The position numbers and the translations under genes are program-made. From positions 121,804 to 185,803 of the forward strand of contig DAOMGE010000001.1 in NCBI GenBank assembly GCA_035430165.1: 64,000 nucleotides of DNA, in the 5' to 3' direction. Origin of the DNA: Pseudomonadales bacterium. Its GTDB lineage: Bacteria; Pseudomonadota; Gammaproteobacteria; Pseudomonadales; UBA7239. Positions 55,548 to 64,000 of this stretch are shown here, one piece after another. Position 1 is the first letter of the stretch. The number at the start of each line of letters is the position of its first letter. Under the pieces are notes generated by a model. The model made no database searches, was not told where the DNA came from, and was given only the letters and a program-made list of their open reading frames with translations.

Positions 55548-56707
55548 GTATCAAGGACAAAGTTGCCATTGTCGGTGTCGGTTGCTGCAAGTTCGGCGAG
55601 AACTGGGATCGCTCCGAAGAAGACATGATTGTTGATGCCGCGTATGAAGCGTATGCGGATGCTGGCATCACTGAACCCTCCAGACAGATCGATGCAATTT
55701 ACTGCGGATCGCTGTACACCAAGAACGGCCCGGTGGAAGTCGGTGAGGCCCTGAAGTTGTACAAACCACTCACAGCGGTATCCAATTACTGCGCAACCGG
55801 CACGGAAGCATTTCGCGCCGGCGTGATGGCTATCGCAGCCGGTGTGTACGACACCGTACTGGTGGTCGGTTATGACAAACCCAAGGATCGCGGCGTATCT
55901 GGCCCGAGTGTCAATATCAAAGGTGTGCGCGATTTACCTGCAACACCGGCGGGCTGGTTTGCCATGTGCGCCGCACCGTATTTCAAGAAATTTGGCGCCG
56001 GCCGTGAAGACCTCGCGAAAATTGCTGTGAAAAACCATTTCAACGGCACACTGTCACCCAAATCATTTTTGAAAAAAATCATTACCGAAGAAGAGGCGCT
56101 GAATGGCCGCATGATTTCCTGGCCGTTTGGTTTGTACGATTGCGCGGCACAATCCGACGGCGCCGCCGTTGCGGTTATCACCAAGGCATCGCTCGCGAAA
56201 AATTTTCGTGACAACCCCGTGTACGTAAAAGCCGTGGCGAGTGGTTCGGCGGCGAATCCGCATACGGATCCCGACCACGATTTCCTGCGCTGGAAGCCGA
56301 CCGAAAATGCAGCGGCAGAAGCGTACAAAATGGCGGGCATCACCAACCCGTTTAAAGAAATTCATCTGGCGCAAGTGCATGACTGTTTCACGCTGACGGA
56401 ATTGCTCGCTTACGAAGATCTCGGTTTTATTCCGAAAGGTGCAGCGAAAGAACATATCGCCAACGGCACGTTCACACTGAAAGGCGAATTGCCGGTGAAC
56501 AGTGACGGCGGCCTGAAAACATTTGGTCACCCGACCGGCGCGACCGGCGTGCGCATGATTGTCGAAAACGTCCTGCAGTTGCAGGGTCGTGCAGACAAAC
56601 GTCAGCTGGCGTTGCACAACGGCAAACAACCGACCATGGCACTGACGCACAACATCGGCGGTTTCCCGACCGGCTGCGCCGTGAGCATCATTGGTATCGA
56701 CAAATAG
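55544..56707 (+). CDS. Thiolase-fold protein, SCP2/nonspecific lipid-transfer-type thiolase
   Basis: 387 aa. Contains VAIVGVGCCKFGE, SNYCATGTEAF (putative nucleophile Cys) and the C-terminal ...HNIGG. An ATGA overlap links it to the upstream gene. Confidence 0.85.
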   Translation: MSIKDKVAIVGVGCCKFGENWDRSEEDMIVDAAYEAYADAGITEPSRQIDAIYCGSLYTKNGPVEVGEALKLYKPLTAVSNYCATGTEAFRAGVMAIAAGVYDTVLVVGYDKPKDRGVSGPSVNIKGVRDLPATPAGWFAMCAAPYFKKFGAGREDLAKIAVKNHFNGTLSPKSFLKKIITEEEALNGRMISWPFGLYDCAAQSDGAAVAVITKASLAKNFRDNPVYVKAVASGSAANPHTDPDHDFLRWKPTENAAAEAYKMAGITNPFKEIHLAQVHDCFTLTELLAYEDLGFIPKGAAKEHIANGTFTLKGELPVNSDGGLKTFGHPTGATGVRMIVENVLQLQGRADKRQLALHNGKQPTMALTHNIGGFPTGCAVSIIGIDK

Positions 56708-56739
56708 TATTGCCAGATGCACACAAAGGGTGAACCCGC

Positions 56740-57324
56740 ATGAAACCATCAGCAGCACACACGTTTTTCCGCCTTCTCGCCGGAGTGACCTGTGCCCTGC
56801 TGCTGGTTTCCTGTGCGCAATCACCGCAAACGCCCGGCACACCCGCGAAACTGACGGATGTACCGGTAAAGACATCAACGCCGATCCACCAGTACAGCTG
56901 CATTTCAAAAATTTACCTGAGTGAAATCACCAAAGCCTTCCTCATACCTGCAGATGACAGTGGCGAAGGCAATGTGATCCGCGTCGGTGAAGTGCTGGAC
57001 AAAATGGTGAGTGACATGTTCTGGCTGGATACCACCAATACCGGCATCAAGCGTGTAGCTCCCAATGTGACGCTCGGTTTTGATCGCGGCACGGGCGTGT
57101 ATCGCCATCCCGATGGCAATGGCAACCTGGTGCAAATCCGTTTGCAATACCAGATTTTCAAACCGACCGGCCAATCCTTTTCCAGTTCCAGTTTCGGCCA
57201 GTTTCCCGCGCGCAAGGCCAACCAGGACTCCACCGTCCTCGCACTCAACCAGGCCATGATGCAATCACTCGAAAGACTGGCTGACGGCCTGGTGCAAACC
57301 GGCGTTTGCAAGACCATGATGTAG
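56740..57324 (+). CDS. Lipoprotein, unknown function
   Basis: Signal peptide with a lipobox (ALLLVSC). 194 aa. I recognise no family. Confidence 0.55.
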   Translation: MKPSAAHTFFRLLAGVTCALLLVSCAQSPQTPGTPAKLTDVPVKTSTPIHQYSCISKIYLSEITKAFLIPADDSGEGNVIRVGEVLDKMVSDMFWLDTTNTGIKRVAPNVTLGFDRGTGVYRHPDGNGNLVQIRLQYQIFKPTGQSFSSSSFGQFPARKANQDSTVLALNQAMMQSLERLADGLVQTGVCKTMM

Positions 57325-57369
57325 GACGTCGCGGCAAAAAAACGCCGGATAAAAAATTACCGTAACAAT

Positions 57370-59439
57370 CTACGCTATAAAACCTGTCCACAGTGTCCGG
57401 TAGGCGTGCTCCAGTTTCCGCACACAGGCTTCACTATCAAACAGCGATGACGTGTTTTTCTGCACCAGCAATTTCTGGCGGATAGCCGTTAACGCTGCCG
57501 CATCGGTCGCCAGTGCCAGCGCCCGCGCTTCGTAGGCAGCCAGCGAATCCGTCACCAGTTCCGGCAAATCCAGTGCGTGCAACAAACTGCTGGCGACGCG
57601 CGCTGCAAACGATTGTCCTTCACACGTCAGCAAGGGTAAACCCGCCCATAACGCATCACTCGCGGTGGTGTGTGCATTGCACGGCAACGTGTCCAGAAAC
57701 AGATCGGCCAGCTGCATGCGCGCCAGATGTTGCGGCAACGGTAAATGGCCGGCAAACACCAGCCTGTCGGCATCCACGCCTTGCTGCTGCGCTGTTGCAC
57801 GCAAATTCTGCTTTGCCGTTTCTTCCGTGACGTACAACCACAACACACTACCGGGCACCTGTTGCAGCAAGCGCATCCAGATTGCAAACACGCCGGGTGT
57901 GAATTTGTAATGCTGGTTGAAACAACAGAACACAAAACCCTGCGCGGGCAATCCCTGTGCAGCGCGATCTGGCATCACCTGGTCGATCTGGCGCAATGCA
58001 TCATTGCACTGGTAACTGCCCGGCACAGCAATGACAGTCTCGCTAAAAAACGGATACAAGGTTTCAGGCAACACAACATTATCGGCAATGATGTAATCCA
58101 TATACGGCGCACCCATCGTGCCGGGATAACCGAGATAACTCACTTGCAGCGGTGCAGCGTGCGCTGCCAGGATGCGCGCACGGTTGCCCTGCGTGTAACC
58201 CTTCAGGTCAACCAGGATGTCGATATGGTGCTCACGAATGTATTGCACAATCGCTGCATCCGGCAACGACGATGCGTCCAGAAAACATTCAAATGCAGCA
58301 ACCAGCCTCTGGCGCATGGCATCCTGTCGATCAGGGCCGATCGAGATGGCGTGCACGGCAAATTGCGAGCGGTCGTGCAATTCGAACACACGCGCCATCA
58401 ACTGTGCCGTGGCATGCTCATGAAAATCTGCCGACAAATACGCGACACCAATCCTGTCCGATGATTTTCCGGGGGATCGATCGCGGCGCGGCGACGGCGG
58501 ATACCACGCCTGCATCCACGTTTGTGCTGCACGCCACTGCAGGGCGGGATTGTCCAGGCACGTGATGACGGTAAACGGTTTCGCGATGTCACCTGCCTGC
58601 ACTCGCGCCGCCAGTTGCTGCAAGCGACGGTCAAAATCCTGCCAGTCACACAAGCGCATGGCGATTTCCAGCGCCAGCGCCAGCGCTTCGGCATTGTCTG
58701 GCTGCAAGACCAGCGCATCGTGTACTGCATGGCGTGCCGCTATAAATTGCCGCGTTTCGCACAAGGCCGTGGCAAGGTTGAAATGCGCCGTGAAATAATC
58801 CGGCTTCAATGCAATCGCACGGCGATAATCCGCCAGCGCTTCCGGCAGGCGGCGCATTGTCCAGTAACAGACACCGCGATTATTGTAAGCATCGGCGTAA
58901 TCCGGTTTCACACGCAACGCGTCATTGAAACAACTGACAGCATCGTCGAGACAGGATAAATCCGTCAGCACATTGCCCTTGTTGTTGTATGCCTGGAAAA
59001 ATTCCGGCTGCAATGCCAGCACCGCGTTGTAATCCTGCAATGCCGCTTCCGGTTGCTGCAATTTGCGTAGCAGCGCTGCGCGGTTGTACAACACACCGGC
59101 AAATCCCGGCTGCAACTGCACGGCGCGGTTGTAACACGCCATCGCTTCGGTGTTGTCACCCAGTTTTTCCGCACACAATCCGAGGTTGCACAAGGCTGAT
59201 GCCTGTGACGGCATCAAGGCAAGTGATTTACGCAACAGGCTCGCCGCTTCCCTGAGCGCTTGCCGGTCGAGATAGATCGCTGCCAGCAAATTCAGCGCAT
59301 TGATATGGTTCTTGTCGAGTTCGAGAATCTTGCGATAAAGCTTCTGCGCATCATCCAGATTGCCTTGCTGATGCAGTCCATGCGCTCTGGCAAACATTGC
59401 CTCGGCTTTCGCGCTGTTTTTTGACCCGGAATTTTTCAT
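57370..59439 (-). CDS. TPR-repeat protein with a C-terminal GT41 (O-GlcNAc transferase/SPINDLY-like) glycosyltransferase domain
   Basis: Start at MKNSGSKNS (59439). About 8 TPR units are present (e.g. AYNNKGNVL, AYNNRGVCY). The C-terminal half, IGVAYLSADFHEHATAQL...FCCFNQHYKFTP...PGSVLWL...PCNAHTTASDALWAGLPLLT, is typical of GT41. Confidence 0.8.
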   Translation of the reverse strand: MKNSGSKNSAKAEAMFARAHGLHQQGNLDDAQKLYRKILELDKNHINALNLLAAIYLDRQALREAASLLRKSLALMPSQASALCNLGLCAEKLGDNTEAMACYNRAVQLQPGFAGVLYNRAALLRKLQQPEAALQDYNAVLALQPEFFQAYNNKGNVLTDLSCLDDAVSCFNDALRVKPDYADAYNNRGVCYWTMRRLPEALADYRRAIALKPDYFTAHFNLATALCETRQFIAARHAVHDALVLQPDNAEALALALEIAMRLCDWQDFDRRLQQLAARVQAGDIAKPFTVITCLDNPALQWRAAQTWMQAWYPPSPRRDRSPGKSSDRIGVAYLSADFHEHATAQLMARVFELHDRSQFAVHAISIGPDRQDAMRQRLVAAFECFLDASSLPDAAIVQYIREHHIDILVDLKGYTQGNRARILAAHAAPLQVSYLGYPGTMGAPYMDYIIADNVVLPETLYPFFSETVIAVPGSYQCNDALRQIDQVMPDRAAQGLPAQGFVFCCFNQHYKFTPGVFAIWMRLLQQVPGSVLWLYVTEETAKQNLRATAQQQGVDADRLVFAGHLPLPQHLARMQLADLFLDTLPCNAHTTASDALWAGLPLLTCEGQSFAARVASSLLHALDLPELVTDSLAAYEARALALATDAAALTAIRQKLLVQKNTSSLFDSEACVRKLEHAYRTLWTGFIA

Positions 59440-59523
59440 TCCGCTATACTGCCCACGCGCCCTGATCTTGTAAAGTGAACGGACGAGTAAAGCAAACAGG
59501 CTTGTAAAGCAAACGGGAGTGGT

Positions 59524-60339
59524 ATGGTATTCGAAACAGTTTCCTATGACGTGAAAGATGGCGTTGCTGTTATCACGCTCAATCGTCCGCAACAACGCAA
59601 TGCCGTGAATTCAATCATGAGCCGTGAATTGCCGTTGGTGTGGCAGCATTTCAACCAGGATAAAACCGCCGTCGTTGCGATTCTCACGGGCGCTGGCGAC
59701 AAAGCCTTGTGCACAGGTGCAGATCTCGCTGACTTGCCGGAAACCGATGGCGACGTGGATGAACAAGGTCGCAAATTCGGTTCGCTCGCGTCGATCAAAT
59801 GGACATCACTGCAAAACCGTATCTGGAAACCGGTGATCTGCGCCGTGAATGGCATGGTGGTGGGTGGTGGCCTGCATTTTGTCGCGGATGCCGACATCGT
59901 GATTGCAGCAGACACAGCAACATTTTTTGATACGCATGTAAAAGTGGGACTGGTCGCCGGCCTGGAGCCGGTGAGTCTCGTGCGCAAGATGCCGTTTGAT
60001 GCCGTGATGCGTATGGCGCTCACCGGCGGCAATGAACGCATGACGGCACAACGTGCGTATGAACTCGGCATGGTGGGTGAAATCGTTCCCGCTGCTGAAT
60101 TGATGGCGCGTGCACACGCACTCGCGGATCTCATCAAAACCAATTCTCCCATAGCACTGGCGCGCTCGAAAAAAGCGATCTGGGAAGCCAAGGAAATGGG
60201 CCTGCACGCTGCACTGGAAAATGCGTGGGGCTACATCATGGACCAGAATACACATCCGGATATTGCCGAAGGCGGCAAGGCTTTTATGGAAAAAAGAAAT
60301 CCGCAGTGGCAACCGTACGCGGGCGAATGTGATGAGTAA
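59524..60339 (+). CDS. Enoyl-CoA hydratase/isomerase (crotonase) family protein
   Basis: 271 aa. Contains VAVITLNRPQQRNA, GAGDKALCTGADL and ICAVNGMVVGGGL. Confidence 0.9.
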   Translation: MVFETVSYDVKDGVAVITLNRPQQRNAVNSIMSRELPLVWQHFNQDKTAVVAILTGAGDKALCTGADLADLPETDGDVDEQGRKFGSLASIKWTSLQNRIWKPVICAVNGMVVGGGLHFVADADIVIAADTATFFDTHVKVGLVAGLEPVSLVRKMPFDAVMRMALTGGNERMTAQRAYELGMVGEIVPAAELMARAHALADLIKTNSPIALARSKKAIWEAKEMGLHAALENAWGYIMDQNTHPDIAEGGKAFMEKRNPQWQPYAGECDE

Positions 60340-60829
60340 ACAGGCGATGACTGAATCGCCGCTGACACGTTTTTTCACGGCGGACGGATCAGGAAAAATT
60401 GCTGACGGTTATATCCTGCTACCGGATGGCCTCGGCTTTAACGACGCGTTTGCACCGGTTTATGTGAAAGTGGACGAGCACGGCTGGCACTGCGGTTTTT
60501 TTGTCGAAAAACATCACCTGAATCCGCAAGGTATTTGTCATGGCGGCGTGTTGATGAGTTTTTGCGATCTTGCCATGGCCGGCAACATCGGCCATCACAT
60601 CAATGAAATGATGGGCATTTTCACCATCAACATGAATACCGATTTTCTCTCGCCAGGTCGATTGGGCCAATGGCTGGAAATGCGCGTACACCATTTGCAC
60701 ACCACACGCACCATGGCAACCATCGGCGGACTGATCCACGGGCCGGAGGGTGTGGTTGTGCGCACCAACGGCATCTATCGCTTGCCGAAAGACTGGTCTA
60801 CAAAAAAACCTGCAAGCCCAGCTGCATGA
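60332..60829 (+). CDS. PaaI-family hotdog-fold thioesterase
   Basis: Start at MSKQAMTES, with an 8-nt overlap with the crotonase gene. NPQGICHGGVLMSFCDLAMA is typical of PaaI/4HBT type II. Confidence 0.8.
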   Translation: MSKQAMTESPLTRFFTADGSGKIADGYILLPDGLGFNDAFAPVYVKVDEHGWHCGFFVEKHHLNPQGICHGGVLMSFCDLAMAGNIGHHINEMMGIFTINMNTDFLSPGRLGQWLEMRVHHLHTTRTMATIGGLIHGPEGVVVRTNGIYRLPKDWSTKKPASPAA

Positions 60830-60830
60830 A

Positions 60831-61460
60831 ATGATGCTGGATGCGCATGCCATAGCGGATGCATTGTGCCAGCAAGGCTGGTGGGTAGGTCAGGATGCCA
60901 TTGACCGCCACTTGTCAGCAGCATTGCATGCCGAGGCAGGCAGATTGCAGCAAACCGGTGCCATGCATGCCGCGATGATCGGGCGCGGCAACACACAACA
61001 GCACAACACAACAACACGCAGCGACAGGATTCACTGGCTGGATGCTGCAACGGATGCGCAGCAACTTTATCTCGGGCAGATGGAAACATTGCGCTGCGGA
61101 CTGAATCGCGAACTGATGCTCGGCCTGTTCGAATTTGAAGCGCATTTCGCCTGTTATCCGCCCGGTGCTTTTTATAAAAAACATGTCGACAGTTTTGTCG
61201 GCAGTGCCAGCCGCCTGGTCTCGGTTGTCAGTTACCTGAATCGTGACTGGCCTGCCGGCAGCGGTGGCGAATTGCTCCTGTTTTCGGAAGATGGCGAATC
61301 TGAAATGTCGCGCGTCGTACCGCAAGCAGGCACCGTCGCTATTTTTCTCAGTGAAAAAATCCCGCACGCCGTCGAGGCTGCCACACGGGAACGCTACAGC
61401 ATCGCCGGCTGGTTTCGCGTCAATGCGTCCAGTGGCCAACGTATTGATGTGATGACGTAA
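60831..61460 (+). CDS. 2OG-Fe(II) oxygenase superfamily protein (prolyl-hydroxylase-like)
   Basis: Start at MMLDAH, 1 nt after the PaaI stop. Has the HxD...H facial triad (KKHVDSF ... IPHAVEA) and RYSIAGWF (2OG-binding Arg). Confidence 0.8.
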   Translation: MMLDAHAIADALCQQGWWVGQDAIDRHLSAALHAEAGRLQQTGAMHAAMIGRGNTQQHNTTTRSDRIHWLDAATDAQQLYLGQMETLRCGLNRELMLGLFEFEAHFACYPPGAFYKKHVDSFVGSASRLVSVVSYLNRDWPAGSGGELLLFSEDGESEMSRVVPQAGTVAIFLSEKIPHAVEAATRERYSIAGWFRVNASSGQRIDVMT

Positions 61461-61578
61461 GCGCTGGGGCTGTCACCCGGAAAGGCGGCGAAGCCTCCAC
61501 GCGGCGCTTGTCGGAACCGCTGGCGCGTTCTAGCATGGACGAATAACGAAACCGTTTCAGGCAGGAGAGCAGCATCGC

Positions 61579-63528
61579 ATGTCCACCCACGTATCAGGCC
61601 AACACATCTATCCGGTTCTTCCCGAATTTGCTGCCAACGCGCTGGTCACGCGTGAGCAGTATGACGCCATGTATCGCCAGTCCATTGAGCAGCCGGATCG
61701 TTTCTGGGCAGAACAGGCCACAAAATTCCTGTCGTTTGAACGCGTGTGGGACCAGGTCGCCGAATACGATCTGGCGAAAGGCCATGCGCGCTGGTTTGCC
61801 GGTGCGCAACTGAATGTGAGTGTGAACTGCATTGATCGCCATCTCGCCACGCGCGGCGAACAGACAGCGATCATCTGGGAAGGCGATGACCCGTCGCAAG
61901 ACAAGCGCATCACCTATCGCGAATTGCACAAACACGTGTGCCAACTCGCCAACGCGCTGAAAGTGCGCGGCGTGAAACGCGGTGATCGTGTCTGCATCTA
62001 CATGCCGATGATTCCGGAAGCGGCTTACGCCATGCTGGCCTGCACGCGTCTCGGCGCCGTGCATTCCATCGTCTTCGGCGGTTTTTCGCCGGAGTCACTG
62101 AAAGACCGCATCCTCGATTCCGATTGCCGCGTGGTGATCACGGCCGATGAAGGTTTGCGCAGTGGCAAGACCATCCCGATGAAAGCCAATGTCGATCTCG
62201 CGCTGCGCAACTGCCCGAACGTTCACACGGTTGTCACGGTGAAGCGCACGGGCAACGACATCAACTGGCAAGCGCCGCGCGACATCTGGTATCACGAATT
62301 TGTCGATGACCAGGATGAACAGTGCGATCCGGAATGGATGGGCGCGGAAGATCCGCTGTTTATCCTGTACACCTCCGGCTCTACCGGCAAACCCAAGGGG
62401 GTGTTGCACACCACAGCGGGATATTTGCTGATGGCGGCGATGACGTTCCGCTACACGTTTGATTATCACGACGGCGATATTTTCTGGTGTACCGCCGATG
62501 TCGGCTGGGTCACCGGTCATTCCTACACGGTGTACGGCCCGCTCGCCAACGGCGGCACCACGCTGATGTTTGAAGGCGTGCCGACGTATCCTGACGCGTC
62601 GCGTTGCTGGCAAGTGTGCGACAAACACCACGTCAATATTTTTTACACCGCACCCACAGCCATCCGCGCACTGATGGCGCAAGGCAACCGTTTTGTCGAA
62701 GCGAGTTCGCGCCGCAGCATTCGCCTGCTCGGCACGGTCGGTGAACCGATCAACCCGGAAGCGTGGGAGTGGTATCACCGTGTGGTCGGCGAAGGCCGCT
62801 GCCCGATTGTGGATACGTGGTGGCAAACCGAAACCGGCGCGCAAATGCTCACGCCATTACCGGGTGCGATTGCACTGAAACCCGGCTCGGCCACCTTGCC
62901 GATGTTTGGCGTGCAGCCAGCGTTGCTCGACCAGAACGGCAAGGAAATTGAAGGTGCCGGCGAAGGCATGCTGGTGATCAAGGCATCGTGGCCAAGCCAG
63001 ATCCGCACGGTGTACGGCAATCACCAACGCCTGATTGAAACCTATTTCTCGCAATATCCCGGTTATTACTTTACCGGCGACGGCGCGCGCCGCGATGCCG
63101 ACGGTTATTACTGGATCACCGGTCGCGTCGATGACGTGCTGAATATTTCCGGCCACCGCCTCGGCACCGCAGAAATCGAATCTGCGCTCGTGCTGCACCC
63201 GAAAGTCGCCGAAGCCGCGGTGGTCGGTTATCCACACGACATCAAGGGCCAGGGTATTTATTGTTTCGTCACACTGATGAACGGCGAAACCGGCGACGAG
63301 GCACTGGAAAAAGAACTGGTGCAATGTTGTGTGCAGGAAATCGGCCCCATTGCAAAACCGGATCTGATCCAGTGGGCGCCGGGCTTGCCGAAAACACGCT
63401 CAGGCAAAATCATGCGCCGCATCTTGCGCAAGATCGCCGAAAACGAATTATCAAATCTGGGCGACACATCGACGCTGGCCGATCCGTCGGTGGTGGAGCA
63501 CCTTGTTAAACACAGCAGGCACAAGTGA
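61579..63528 (+). CDS. acs: Acetyl-CoA synthetase (AMP-forming)
   Basis: 649 aa. Contains [42 protein letters not shown] and the C-terminal [13 protein letters not shown]. Confidence 0.95.
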   Translation: MSTHVSGQHIYPVLPEFAANALVTREQYDAMYRQSIEQPDRFWAEQATKFLSFERVWDQVAEYDLAKGHARWFAGAQLNVSVNCIDRHLATRGEQTAIIWEGDDPSQDKRITYRELHKHVCQLANALKVRGVKRGDRVCIYMPMIPEAAYAMLACTRLGAVHSIVFGGFSPESLKDRILDSDCRVVITADEGLRSGKTIPMKANVDLALRNCPNVHTVVTVKRTGNDINWQAPRDIWYHEFVDDQDEQCDPEWMGAEDPLFILYTSGSTGKPKGVLHTTAGYLLMAAMTFRYTFDYHDGDIFWCTADVGWVTGHSYTVYGPLANGGTTLMFEGVPTYPDASRCWQVCDKHHVNIFYTAPTAIRALMAQGNRFVEASSRRSIRLLGTVGEPINPEAWEWYHRVVGEGRCPIVDTWWQTETGAQMLTPLPGAIALKPGSATLPMFGVQPALLDQNGKEIEGAGEGMLVIKASWPSQIRTVYGNHQRLIETYFSQYPGYYFTGDGARRDADGYYWITGRVDDVLNISGHRLGTAEIESALVLHPKVAEAAVVGYPHDIKGQGIYCFVTLMNGETGDEALEKELVQCCVQEIGPIAKPDLIQWAPGLPKTRSGKIMRRILRKIAENELSNLGDTSTLADPSVVEHLVKHSRHK

Positions 63529-63605
63529 TGTGTTGCATGGGGTAAAACAAACATGGTTAGTAACAGTATTTATGGCGTAGCCAACTTTAAAAATTAGGGG
63601 TCTGC

Positions 63606-64000
63606 ATGGCTTGGAAACTTCAGTCACTCTTATGGGTATTTTTACCAGAAGATCGTGCAGTTAACCTGTCACTGTATTTTTTTATACTACTGTTAATGAT
63701 TTTTTTGTTTTCAACATTTATTTCATTGAAATTTAAAAAATATACCGCCAAGAAAATTTCAATGGTATTAATGCTGGCAACGCTAATATCCTGGGTTTTT
63801 CTTTATATAAATCGTCCAGCATGGCTTGTGGCATCCCAACAAGAAAATGCCGGGCATCCTGACGTTTCCGAGCTTAATTGGGAGTCTCCATCTGACGGGC
63901 TTCAGGTCTCTGAGCTGCGTTTTAAAGTTGCTGGCAAGTTTGTAGACCGCATGGTATTGGCTAGATTAGACCCAAGTAAGTACAAGTTTAGCGTTCACTT
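63606..64000 (+). CDS. Hypothetical membrane-anchored protein, 5' partial view (runs off window), in an AT-rich segment
   Basis: My own translation from the ATG at 63606 is MAWKLQSLLWVFLPEDRAVNLSLYFFILLLMIFLFSTFISLKFKKY...VDRMVLARLDPSKYKFSVH, with no stop before the window end. It has two hydrophobic segments. The last part faintly resembles the start of DUF2233/phosphodiester-glycosidase domains, at low confidence. Confidence 0.5.
   Translation, partial: MAWKLQSLLWVFLPEDRAVNLSLYFFILLLMIFLFSTFISLKFKKYTAKKISMVLMLATLISWVFLYINRPAWLVASQQENAGHPDVSELNWESPSDGLQVSELRFKVAGKFVDRMVLARLDPSKYKFSVH

Overview
This 64-kb window looks like a chromosomal segment from an aerobic proteobacterium. Synteny suggests a gammaproteobacterium: nagZ-hpt-MTA/MTI phosphorylase, prlC-yheV, an aa3-type cox cluster, rep, rhlE, coq7 and acs. 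I call about 52 protein-coding genes, which are densely packed and often overlap by 4 or 8 nt. I found no rRNA, tRNA, CRISPR array, transposase or integrase.

Most of the window is housekeeping:
- gltX (partial) and a three-gene 2-oxoacid:acceptor oxidoreductase module
- a two-domain PPK2 and a purine salvage/nagZ block
- a complete cytochrome c oxidase structural and assembly cluster
- prlC, rep, rhlE, coq7 and acs
- an acyl-CoA metabolism cluster

The most unusual region is 34312-46939. Two Sec-signal proteins are built to the same modular plan: an N-terminal beta-sandwich-like domain, thrombospondin-type-3 Ca-binding repeats, a seven-repeat propeller, more TSP3 repeats and a shared C-terminal tail. 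Their propellers differ (RCC1-type versus FG-GAP/integrin-alpha-type). They bracket a visibly GC-rich gene for a 1382-aa polytopic membrane protein that seems internally duplicated and that I cannot assign to any family. Next to this block lie a GT-C (GT39/ArnT-like) glycosyltransferase, a DedA-superfamily (TVP38) protein and a sugar-type Gfo/Idh/MocA oxidoreductase.

Other items worth a second look:
- an envelope-targeted trio: PIMT-like lipoprotein, 884-aa membrane-embedded spermidine-synthase-like protein and serine-hydrolase-like lipoprotein
- an HMG-CoA-synthase-like::DUF35 fusion that appears to have lost its catalytic Cys and Glu, next to an SCP2-type thiolase
- an orphan radical SAM/SPASM enzyme
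- a TPR-GT41 glycosyltransferase
- a sharp drop to AT-rich sequence after acs

All functional calls come from reading the translations by eye, with no database search, so family names are recognition-level assignments.
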